Both the position numbers and the translations under genes were made by a program. 64,000 nucleotides of DNA, taken from the NCBI GenBank assembly GCA_051294375.1, contig CM119263.1, positions 28,336,549 through 28,400,548 of the forward strand. Reading direction: 5' to 3'. Below, one piece after another: positions 37,801 to 46,119 of this stretch; position 1 is the first letter of the stretch, and every line of letters starts with the position of its first letter. Source of the stretch: Paraspadella gotoi. Its lineage: Eukaryota > Animalia > Chaetognatha. Below the pieces are notes generated by a model. It made no database searches, was not told the DNA's origin, and saw only the letters and a list, made by a program, of their open reading frames with translations.

Positions 37801-39147
37801 AATTATATAGTCGGGATCTGCTGATATGCAGATCCGACTAAAAAAAATTTTCACTTAGCCTAAGCTCTTATCCTGACAGTAAGGTTTCAGATATTCATCA
37901 TTTCAGAAATGGTATATTTAGATTTTCTTTTTCCTCTTATAAACCGTGTCTATAGTTGTGCTATTTTATGATAACTTTATATACTTTAAAAATCGTCATT
38001 TCCGACAAGAAAGATAAAATTATACAAAAAAATTGTCATCACCATCTAATTCTACAGACTTGCATATACTAAAATAGCTATGTACCTTATTCAATTTGTT
38101 ATACTTTGTTATTTTTAAACTCCCTAACACTGAATCTACACTGAATTTGAAGAGTTGCAGCCTAAACGACTGCAATAATATTGATTTAAAAATTTGATTA
38201 GCAATCTTAAAAACATTTGTAAAAATGTAGTTGAGAGTAATTTTAATAAACGCGTTCCAGTTAAAAAGAATTTAGGGTTCAAGTTTAAAAACGTTTCATT
38301 TTCAAGGATACAAGTTGAAATTTAAAAATTTCTCTCTATTACATTTTTCTAATTCACTAATAAAAAATTCTTAAAAAATATCAGATAGATTGGCTTTTTT
38401 GTTTGACCTGCAACAGTGAGTCAAAGCAGAAACAGAGGCTATTTATAAAGGGTAAGTAGACGAAGCCAGATTCCTCTTCCGGAATCCTCTTCTTCCTCTT
38501 CTGGAACCTTCCTTTCTTCTTCCGGAAACTATTGTTCCTTTTCTGGATTTGGCTTCAAAAATCCCGTTCGAAATCATTCCAGAATCTTCTTCCTCTTCCG
38601 GAATTCTGTTTCCGGGTTTCATTCCTCTGTGATGCTAATATGTTATTAAATATTTTATTTTTAAATTTTTTTAGGTGAACACGTCATATTCATGTATAGT
38701 AGGAAGGACTAAAATTGCTCTAAGGTATTTGTAGCATCGATTTAATAATAACGAGTTTGAGCAAACAACGTCGGTAATTATACGATATGACTAAATATAG
38801 GTTAATTAAATTCACTTATATTATGTCAGAATATCGAATTATGATAAATTATGCAAAAAAACGATGTCCGTCCATCCGTCTGTCTGTTCGTCTGTCTTCG
38901 TCCATCCGTCTCACCTTAGCAAAAAACTATAATTGGAGTATAATGCTAAGTTTAATTTTCCACCAATAGTGAGATTAAAGTAAAATAAAGAACAACCTTC
39001 CTCAGCCTCATCGAGAAAGAGTTGAGAGCTGCGGGCGGGATTGTCGTTCTCGACGCCGACGAGGAAGACGCCCAGCGAGCCTCCCTCTTCCTGGTGGAAT
39101 ACCTTCAATCCGCCTTCAATTTTGTCACTCTGGATGACTGCTTTTGA
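2711..39147 (+). CDS. Multi-exon gene: type II membrane FkbM/Methyltransf_21-like methyltransferase fused to a degenerate polysaccharide-deacetylase (NodB)-like domain
   Basis: Exons 2711-3110, 3172-~3278, [12308-12399, present only inverted], 18941-19051, 23016-23126, 23848-23942, 24079-24306, 28913-29064, 32570-32644, 38675-38724, 39006-39147. All have GT-AG boundaries with matching phases, except the unresolved junction after exon 2. Motifs FLDLGAN, IYSFE, IDISAWIK, LKIDIEGSEY, YGELH, then VTLFLYSDFVELYP and GGIVVLD...FVTLDDCF*. Confidence 0.8.
3172..3278 (+). CDS. Gene 1 exon 2 (NEYFIYSFEIAPLLCHYLAGYPRHKVFCPLAVGTK); 3' boundary uncertain
   Basis: Acceptor TTTCTCTCAG, phase matches exon 1, FkbM-like 'IYSFE.P' and 'AV' motifs; downstream sequence looks garbled. 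Confidence 0.75.
5063..5173. ncRNA. Mirror copy of the hammerhead pair (5063-5104 minus, ~5130-5173 plus)
   Basis: Same cores; lies in the left arm of the 8-kb inverted duplication. Confidence 0.7.
11784..12010 (+). mobile_element. Family-1 tRNA/twister copy (garbled duplicate at 12806-13080)
   Basis: TATGGTGGA...TGTCTCTTCA with the same internal hairpins and several indels. Confidence 0.75.
12308..12399 (-). CDS. Gene 1 internal exon in inverted orientation (GGTVENNISLPWQLRKIKIPSIDISAWIKK); second copy at 13393-13484
   Basis: CAG/GTAATA boundaries on the minus strand; phase-2 end joins 18941; each copy has a different single-base indel and the consensus is open. Confidence 0.7.
18941..19051 (+). 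CDS. Gene 1 exon (TFKPEDELILKIDIEGSEYPVLHALIDTGAYRLVDKW)
   Basis: TTTCTTCCAG acceptor, GTATCC donor; FkbM-type K.D.EG.E motif. Confidence 0.85.
19504..19658 (-). mobile_element. 5'-truncated family-1 copy (mirror at ~8200-8352, + strand)
   Basis: Reverse complement of the B box, twister and 3' end of family 1. Confidence 0.75.
19978..21827. mobile_element. Non-autonomous element with long (~450 bp) imperfect TIRs; mirror copy 6042-7882
   Basis: TAGAGGTCCCAGAAAT...ATTTCTGGGAGCTCTA; interior rich in CCCTAA/TTAGGG-like motifs; no TSD seen. Confidence 0.65.
22701..22742 (-). ncRNA. Minimal type I hammerhead ribozyme (antisense arm)
   Basis: Exact reverse complement of 22769-22810. Confidence 0.85.
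22769..22810 (+). ncRNA. Minimal type I hammerhead ribozyme
   Basis: GGCG-CUGAAGA-A-GACUC(GUAUGU)GAGUC-GAAACAUGUC^-CGUU; stem I GGCG/CGUU; palindromic ACAUGU stem III. Confidence 0.85.
23016..23126 (+). CDS. Gene 1 exon (YGELHRWCNVATPKEWKALDDKLIKNGIRVWDWIGE)
   Basis: TCTCTAG acceptor, GTGAGA donor, phases 2/2 fit both neighbours; FkbM C-terminal E.H motif. Confidence 0.85.
23848..23942 (+). CDS. Gene 1 linker exon (WYYEDMNNLNPPPDFPMAPGYPGQLLNSCKS)
   Basis: TTTTACAG acceptor, GTAAAC donor, phase-compatible. Confidence 0.8.
24079..24306 (+). CDS. Gene 1 exon, start of the NodB-like domain (AEKDQKSVALGVAVG...VTLFLYSDFVELYPRIVAEWARQFPIASR)
   Basis: TTCTAG(CAG) acceptor, GTAAAA donor, overlaps track ORF 24105-24338. 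Confidence 0.85.
25704..27201 (-). mobile_element. Non-autonomous Penelope-like element with an inverted partial terminal repeat
   Basis: 25704-25767 is the reverse complement of 27138-27201 (half hammerhead); GA-rich body homologous to 33090-33280 and 60840-61060. Confidence 0.65.
25752..25795 (-). ncRNA. Minimal type I hammerhead ribozyme
   Basis: AGCG-CUGAUGA-A-GGCU(loop)AGCC-GAAACAUGUC^-UGCU; stems differ from the 22.7-kb copy but keep pairing. Confidence 0.85.
27670..28195 (+). repeat. 18-bp minisatellite (GTTGACCAAATTATGCCA)n; shorter array at ~30290-30440
   Basis: Tandem repeat that produces the spurious VDQIMP ORFs. Confidence 0.9.
28620..28853 (+). mobile_element. Solo-LTR-like element, family 1 (tRNA-like head plus twister)
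   Basis: Fixed ends TATGGTGG...CTCTTCA shared with other copies; perfect 4-bp TSD CCAT; tRNA-like segment with B-box-like GGTTCTAGCC. Confidence 0.8.
28727..28802 (+). ncRNA. Predicted type-P5 twister ribozyme (family 1)
   Basis: P5 AGCAGUU/GACUGCU; P2 AGG/CCU; GA-CGG pairs with loop CCG (T1); GC/GC (T2); P3 UGUAACA/UGUUACA; P4 CCUGA/UCAGG; U^AA at 28751-28753. Confidence 0.8.
28913..29064 (+). CDS. Gene 1 exon (GEVPFLNWNHRHLNSRGKSLITAGKTFASHGLSPHLLLTDAWNVSKELLDQ)
   Basis: CTTGCAG acceptor, GTTTTA donor, phase 1 to 0, open frame. Confidence 0.75.
29757..30467 (+). mobile_element. DINE/HINE-like element; further copies or fragments at ~12413-12780, 13497-13905, 19075-19270, 19660-19977, 24430-25290, 28210-28540, 38750-38940
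   Basis: Shared AATTCACTTTGTCGGTCCGTC core, GTCC microsatellite and TTTGCTCAAACTTGTTT end. Confidence 0.7.
30919..30964 (-). ncRNA. Minimal type I hammerhead ribozyme
   Basis: UUG-CUGAUGA-A-GACUC(loop)GAGUC-GAAACAUGUC^-CGA. Confidence 0.85.
30980..31213 (+). mobile_element. Family-1 tRNA/twister solo-LTR-like copy inserted in a hammerhead-bearing element
   Basis: Same ends; TSD ACTG/ACTA; acceptor-like stem GCGGCCA/TGGTCGC; twister 31087-31162 with point changes. Confidence 0.8.
32570..32644 (+). CDS. Gene 1 exon (AKLRGLRVVRPTIVFPPLHPDSPYK)
   Basis: GC-rich island in an AT-rich intron, AAG acceptor, GTATCA donor, phase 0/0. Confidence 0.7.
32951..34532. mobile_element. Fold-back Penelope-like element with a hammerhead in each arm; the right one is split by an insertion
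   Basis: Arms 32951-~33430 and ~33440-34532; CTGATGA at 33831 and GAAACATGTA at 34467; degenerate minus-strand core at ~33017-33059. Confidence 0.75.
33856..34456. mobile_element. ~600-bp insertion inside a hammerhead stem II
   Basis: Flanked by direct repeat ACTAAGA (33849-33855 and 34457-34463); TAG...CTA ends; the mirror arm shows the empty site. Confidence 0.7.
36411..36497 (-). ncRNA. Predicted type-P5 twister ribozyme in the TRIM 3' LTR
   Basis: Minus strand GA-GGA-CGGCCG-U^AA-GCC-GC-C-[P3]-G-CCUG-GU-UCC-AA-GC-C-CAGG, closed by P5 CUGUGGGA/UUCCAUGG; resembles the twister core GCCGGUCCCAAGCCCGG; P2 imperfect. Confidence 0.75.
36500..36572 (-). promoter_or_regulatory. tRNA-like Pol III A/B-box cassette in the TRIM LTR (also ~36905-36975)
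   Basis: Minus strand GGTGGCTCATTGAGTAAAGC (A box) ... CTCATGA ... CCGGGTTCAATCCC (B box) at tRNA spacing; acceptor stem not intact. Confidence 0.65.
36815..36902 (-). ncRNA. Predicted type-P5 twister ribozyme in the TRIM 5' LTR
   Basis: Same motif as 36411-36497; predicted cut between 36878 and 36877. Confidence 0.75.
38675..38724 (+). CDS. Gene 1 short exon (VNTSYSCIVGRTKIALS)
   Basis: Poly-T TTAG acceptor, GTATTT donor; phase 0 to 2 bridges the neighbouring exons. Confidence 0.65.
39006..39147 (+). CDS. Gene 1 last exon (LIEKELRAAGGIVVLDADEEDAQRASLFLVEYLQSAFNFVTLDDCF*)
   Basis: CCTCAG acceptor; resembles the NodB C-terminus G.IIL.H...FVT(L/V)..C; TGA at 39145-39147. Confidence 0.8.
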
Positions 39148-42100
39148 GTTTATTAAGGGGAAGGTGAAGACAACGTTGCGTGACGCGAAATGCATCTGTT
39201 ATTTGTGTGTTTACTTGTTTGCTTTTGAAAAAACGGTAAAACAATTCAATAATCAGTAAATTTTTTTAGTCGTCCATATAAATAGCCAAAATAAGGAAGA
39301 GAGAGAATCTTCAGAATCGGTAATAAAGAGAGATAATGAAAGTAGGATCGACCGCAAAACCCGTACACATTGACACTGGCGTGTTTATGAAAATAGAAAA
39401 TCATTTTATCCAGCGTGAGTTTGAGGGATTGTAACGCAACTATCCAAGTATTTTGATGTGTAGTAATTTTCTTTCACTCATTTTCTTCTTACTAATCTCT
39501 CTCTTCTCATTTTACTCAATCAAAATCTTCCCACTGTTTGTTCTCTTCTTTCCTTATCTTCCCCTTCTCTCATTTTTTCCATTTTCGCCTCTGGGAGACT
39601 TTTTTAAATTTCTCCCTAAAACGGATCATGTTCTTCCGTCCCTAAGATCCAAATTTTATGGCTTCACTTTATTACTTTTATAGAAAGAAGTAAATCGAGA
39701 AAACTTCTGGGCTCAGGAATGGGGGACGTGGGGTAAGGAAGGGGCAAAGTGGAAATGAAGATTTATCGTCGACTTAAGTGTTGTCTTCGTCTTCGAATAT
39801 TAGAGTTGGGGGTCGAAAGTTTTTGTCATTTGAACAAAGGGATCGATCATATTCAATATATTTTTCTTGAGAAGTGCTTGTAATTTTTTTGGGCTGTTGA
39901 GATTAAGATAAATAAAAATATTTAGATAAAAGAAAAAAAAGAAAAATAATAAAACCACTTAAATTGCAGAAATATTTTAAGATCTAAAAAAAAACTTTCG
40001 TTTTTCTTAATAAGAAATTTGTTGCATTCTTTAACAATTTCACTGTTTTGCTTTTCGAAAATTTTAATTTCTCTCTTTCTTAACTTCAACCTCACCCAGT
40101 CCTCATCTCGTCCTTACCCTCCGTCTCTTCCTCCGCCAGGAGTGAACCTCGCTGAGTTTGAAAGGAAAAGTTCACTTTTTAGTCTCGAGGTCACGGGTTC
40201 GATTCCGACCACGTGAAAAATCTGAAACTCACGGAATGGGATTTCCCGTCCGACAGATTGTTTACTTTTGGGAAATAAACAAATAAAATAAACCACAAAT
40301 ATTATGTTTCTTTACGGAAGGTGGGACGACTAGGACGTCGGCCAAGCGACAACAGACCGACAAAATCTGACCTTTGGGCGAAGATGCTTTTGTGATATAC
40401 AATTCAAACAGTTATAAATATATTTTAGAACTACAATGGTATGAAATCGAAGTACATTGAGAGATAATCAACTAGAAAGTGTGAGAGTCTTGAATGAATG
40501 AATGAATGAATGAATGAACGGCTCAACTAACCATAGCTCGAAAAAATAAGGGGCAAGATAGCTTGAATGGATAGTTTTCATTGAGGTTCTACCAATTTCA
40601 TACAAATAAAACTGTTTTATGGACAACAAAATCCAGGGAAGGTTTAACTTCAGAAAGACGCCCATTAAACCCCTAATAAAAAACCTTCAGAAAAAAGAAA
40701 GCAAATTCTCCATATCTCCTCCCCCTCCCCAGACGGGAAAAGGAATGTATTAATTTGTGACGCTGAGGTTTTTCTTTCCTTATTTACACTCGAACCGGGT
40801 TGGCGCCATTTTTTTTCCTTTCTCTTTTTCCCCCTCTCGCCAACGATTAGCGGTTCCGCCTACCAACGCCGCCAAGCGGCTTTAGTTCCTCCTATTTTTC
40901 AGCCTCAGACAAAAGAACAACAAGCGGTTTGCCTTTGAAATTAATCATTGCTCTTTTTTTCTCCAAATCTTTGCTGGTTTCTTTTTAGGTTTTTTTTATT
41001 TCTATTCTGTTCCTCTGTCGTTTTTACCTTTTAAAACTTCCTTTTCTTTCTAAACTATCTCGCTCTCACTCGTTTTTACCTTTTAAAACTTCCTTTCCTT
41101 TCTAAACTATCTCGCTCTCACTCATTTTTACCTTTTAAAACATGATGAAACTGAGTTTTTTTTCTTTTTTTTTTATCGCTGGACGAAATTGGGTTCATAG
41201 AAAAACAAGAAAAATGATAAAAAATGATAAGAAACGAAGGAAAGAAAAAAAAAACGAAAAAATATTTTTAAAAATCCCGGACTTACTGTTCTTTTTTTTT
41301 CTTCTTTTTTCTTTTCGTTTTTCTCTTCTTTTCTTTTCTTTTGTTTTTTTCTTTTTTCTTTTCTTTTTTTCCTATTTTTCTTTTTTTTTCTTTCTTTTAC
41401 TTATTTCCTTTTTTTTACCTTTTTTTTCTTTACTTCAACTTTTTATATACTTTTTTTTTCTTTTTGCAGAAACATACCGCCAGTACCGCCTCTCTCCTTT
41501 CTTTTTCATTTCTTTTTTTTTACTTAAAATATTTCTTAGAAATAAAATAACTTATCTTAAACCTTTCTTTTCATTATTTTTCCTGAATCAGAATCTTGTT
41601 TTCTTTTGGGAAAAATTCTTTTCTTCCGTAATTTTCTTTCACTTTTTCTTCCTTCTTTCTCTCCTTGCCTTATCTCCTTTTCCCCTTCCCTCCTTTCCTT
41701 TTTATTCTTCTCCTCCATTCCTGCCTCCCTCCTTTCCTCTCCCCCTTTACTTTATTTCCTTTCCTCCTTTCCTCCCTTCTCATCTCCCGCCTTCCCCTCT
41801 TCCCCACGTCCCCTCCCACCAGAATTCCCCCCCTTCTCTCAAGATTATTTTCCTCCTATTTTTCTTAGGTTGTTTTTCTTTTAGCTTCATTGTTTTCTCT
41901 TTTCCCGCGTCTTTTTTTTCGTTTTGTTTTGGTTTTCGTTTTCGTTTTTTTAAATTTTATTTTGTTTTGTTTATGTTTGTTTTCTCTCGTCATCGTCTAA
42001 CCCTCGACGTTTCACACGCGAAGGATTCATTCTTCTCTCACGCTGATAATTGCCTCGTGATCCTCGGGAGACCCTTTAAAGATTAACCCCCCCCCTCCCC

Positions 42101-42374
42101 TCCTCTTCACCCCCTCTCTCCCACACTCCTCCCCATAAGACGTAATAATCCCAGCTAGACGGGATATCCAAAGTCTGATGGGGGTAATCCCTCCCTCTGA
42201 GTCTGATGGAGGTAATCCTGATCAGACGGGAAACCAGATGAACTAATCCTTACGAAGCAAAAAAAAAAAAAAAAAAATCCTCCGCTCATCATTTCCTCAT
42301 AAAAGTTATAGCCATGTTTTTTTTTAGATTAAATTCAGAATTATGTTAGTTTTAAATTTAAAAATTAGGTCAGG

Positions 42375-42525
42375 AGTTAGGGTTATGGATTAGAATAAGA
42401 ATTAGAGTTAGGGTTAGGGATTAGAATAAGAATTAGAGTTAGGGTTAGGGATTAGAATAAGAATTAGAGTTAGGGTAAGGGATTAGAATAAGAATTAGAG
42501 TTACGGTTATGGATTAGAATAAGAA
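42375..42525 (+). repeat. ~31-bp minisatellite (GGATTAGAATAAGAATTAGAGTTAGGGTTAG), about 4.5 copies
   Basis: Direct tandem repeat. Confidence 0.85.
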
Positions 42526-43772
42526 TCATTGTTAGAAATGATTTTAATTCAAACAAATTCTCTTCGTGAATATCTGAATCACGTCAATTGGTTTTAGTCT
42601 CAACTTTAATGATTTTATATTATCTTTACTCTCATTGGTCGAATTCTACCAATAGTAGTTAATGATTGAATTCTCAATAATTTTAAAGAAGATCTCTCTT
42701 CTCATTGGTCCATTAAATTTAGTCTTTGTATAAAAGAAAGGGCAACTTTTATTTTTTGAAGAGATTGCCCTGGGACCATAAGGTAATTGATTGATTAACT
42801 GAAATTATTAAATAGTGGAATTAGTATTAATAAATGGTTATTTTTTGTAGCTTTTGAGCTTCCACAGCTCTTCCAATGGCTCTTCCACAGCTCTTTCAAT
42901 GGCTCTACTGATTGCTATTTCGATTGTCCTTATAACTGTCAACTGAATTACAACTAACTTCAATTAATACTAATGGCGTTACGGTTATTGATGAGTCAAC
43001 AATAGAGAAATTAATATGAAGGATGCTCAATCGTGTTCCCAAGTCCGTAAGGAAATGTGCAATCTCTAACAATCATAGTTATGGATTAGGTTAGGAGTAG
43101 GTTTAAGAAATAAGGGAAGGGATTAGGGAAATAAGGATATAGTCAGGATAAAGAATTACGTTATGAACTTTAAGACTAGCGTTAGATATTAAAATTAAGT
43201 TCTGCACTAAATGAAAAACTTTCGGAAAATAGTCGTTAAAACTATTTTTAGCGTCTCATTTCGACGTCTGTGACATTATTTCCGTCACCTCTTCTGGGAT
43301 ACAAACACAAACCGCCTCCACATTCTGCAATGCCAGAATCCGCCAACGCAAAGGCTGTCATTTTCCCTTCCCGTCCGGACGAGTCAATGTTTGTCCCGCA
43401 AATGCAAAACAGCTTCTCTCTTCGCGCTAATCAATCCAGTTCTCTCTGTTGTCGTCTCTTCTCTTTTCTTCTCTTTTCTTTTCTTTTCTTTTATTCAATC
43501 TTTTTTTCTTCTCTTTTTTTGCTTTTTTTTCTTTTCTTTNNNNNNNNNNTCTTTTCTTTTCTTTTCTTCAATCTTTTATTCTTATCGTTTTGATTATTTA
43601 GTCGCCGTCGTTTTGTTGTGTTACTTACAGCTAATCATTTCACTTTAGCAATTATTTATTTTCTTATGAAGTGATTAACTATCAAAGTCGATCAAATTAC
43701 GATAAACATGACCAAGCACAGATGAAAGTAAAAGTTTAGTGATTTTATGGGCGGAGAAACTTTTTAGAAAAA

Positions 43773-43811
<39 letters not shown>

Positions 43812-44521
43812 TCGCGAAACCTCTGGCGACCGATAATTATCGGAAAACTCTCGACGGTCGAACGACAAACGTTTTCCCGGAAGTCAGACTCTTAAGGGAA
43901 GAGAAAGAGAAGTGAAAAGAAGAGAATGTAAATAAGAAGAGAATAGCATAGAAGAGAATAGAAGAGAATAGAATAGAAATAAGAAGAGAAAATAGACAAA
44001 AATAAAAAGAAAGATAAAAATTGCTTTATTAAAGGGAAAATAATGATAACGCGTTAAAGAAAGATAGAAGGAAAAAACGAGAAAAGAAAGAAAGAAAAAA
44101 AGAAAGAAAAACGAAAGAAGGAAAGAAAAAAAGGAGAGTAAGAAAGAAAGAAAAAAAAGAAAAAAAAAAGAATTAAGAAAGAAAGAAAAAATGAAAGAAA
44201 GAAAGCAAAAATAAAGAAGGAAAGAAAAGAAAGCAAGAAAGAAAGAAAAAAAAGAAAAAAGAAAAGGAAATAAAAAGAAGATGAGAAAAGAAAGTGAGTC
44301 AGCGTCCCATTCGTTTAACTTTCGCTTTCCTCTCTTTTCTCTTCCGCAGAATCGATCGATCTTGAGGTCGATTCCAAGGGGGGGGGGGGACGGAGGTGAG
44401 TTGGGGAATAAGGAACGAGGTCGGTCGGTCGGTCGGTCGATAACGGAGGTGATTGAGTTAGGGGAACATCCAAAGGGTGGAACGAGAGGAGTCCACACTC
44501 GCTGTCCTAAGCCATCATGGA

Positions 44522-44570
<49 letters not shown>

Positions 44571-46119
44571 ATCCTCCATTGACTGGGTTTTAATCCTAAT
44601 CCACCTAATCCAATGGTTTTTAATCTCAGAGAATCCTCTCCACTCTTTTCCTCCTTACCCACCAAATCCACCACCCCCCCACACTTCCCCCCCCCTTTGA
44701 CTAAAACGCGGATCGTTTCTTTCCTTCGCTTCATTTTCTTTTTCGCTTCACTTGATTTCCTTCCCCTTTTTTTTGTTTCAGATGAGTCTTACCCGTTCTA
44801 AGCTTTACTCACCCCTTTCATCTCAGACTTACTATATGATTCAGGTTTTTTCCTTATCAATGAGCGTGTAGAGGGGTGGACCCCCGCCACAAAACCGAGG
44901 AGCCCGGGCCATTGGGGGTTACGGGAGAAATTCGTTGGGCTGAAAAAAAAAAATAGAATAAAAAAAAATGACACATTACGTTGAGTATTAACATTGACAA
45001 GCTCTTAATTTTGTGTAAAAGACTATTTTACAAGTTTAAATTTCAAAACCTTAAAAGAACATAGGTATTAAGAAACTTTTTTTACTTCAATATTTGCACA
45101 TTAAAATAAAATTATATCAATAAAGGTTCTAAAAAACACTTGTCACTTATTCTTATTTTGTTTAGCAGAAAGTTGCGGAAGCAGAAGGCTGGTATCGATT
45201 CTAAGAGAGAAAAAAAATAGGATGAAAAATCCATTTCTGGGTTAGTGAGACTGTTGCAAACTTCTTTCCTTAATATATATTTTTAAAGAAACCTTTAAGG
45301 TTCACACTACATTGGCGATTAGATTAGGTTTTTTTTTCATTTAGATCAGTTATTTATATTTATTTATCTATTTATGAGCACCTAAAAATTCTAAACCACA
45401 AAATCGGTTTGACCTAAAAATAGTATTACGATTCTGAAACGCTCTACTTTGCGAACCAATCGACCGACGCTACATTAACAAGCCGGTTCCGCCAAGCAGT
45501 GGCGGTTCCGCCGCCGCCGCCGCTGTTGCCGCCGCCTCCGCCGCCGCCGCTTCCATTTCGACGCCAATATTCTCGTCGTATCGAATTCATTTTTTTTCCA
45601 ACCCAAAAGCCTCGACAAACATTATGACGTTGTTGGTTTTCGTTTACACTCGAACGCTAAAAACGAAACATCGTCGACGAAGAGATAAAACAGTTTTGTC
45701 TTTTTTTTTTACGAAAACCGAAACGGAGAAGAAACAACTGAGATGTTGAAAGAACGAAACGAACAAAGAGAGTGTTGGACTGTTGGAACTACAGATGACA
45801 CAACATCAGGGGAAAAAGAATAGTTTGCGATCTGCGGCACTGACCGCAAACTTTCATCGTACATTTTGTAAAGATTGTGAGCAATGAGGTAATACGGCGT
45901 AATATGAACACTATGTAGAGCGCAAAACTTAAAGTGAACGTAAAATGATTTACCATGCAAACTTAACTTACTAACAAACTAATTAAAACCACTTACAAGC
46001 TAACTTAATTAACTAACCACCTAATTAACTTACCTAAGTAAAATAAACCAATTAATTAAACCAAAAAAATAAACTAAGCAACTATTTAAACCAGAGATCC
46101 CTCCACCACCATTTCTACC

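Larger units (their letters stand above)
35909..37841 (-). mobile_element. DINE-1/HINE-like (Helentron-associated) element, full length
   Basis: Minus strand: T-run, 5' hairpin AGTCGGATCTGC..GCAGATCCCGACT, (GTCC/GTCT)n tract, 3' inverted subTIR GCAGATCCGAC, TTTGCTCAAA hairpin, CTTGTTT end. Confidence 0.7.
34715..37948. mobile_element. Non-autonomous DNA transposon with CAC...GTG ends and 4-bp TSD (Chapaev-like)
   Basis: TCTA|CACGGTT...AACCGTG|TCTA; ~110-bp imperfect TIRs at 34715-34827 and 37846-37948. Confidence 0.7.

Noticed and set aside
40150-40520. tRNA-SINE (B box GGTTCGATTCC at ~40196 and a (GAAT)n tract)
   Set aside because: No clear A box, TSD or second copy in the window; plausible but unsupported.
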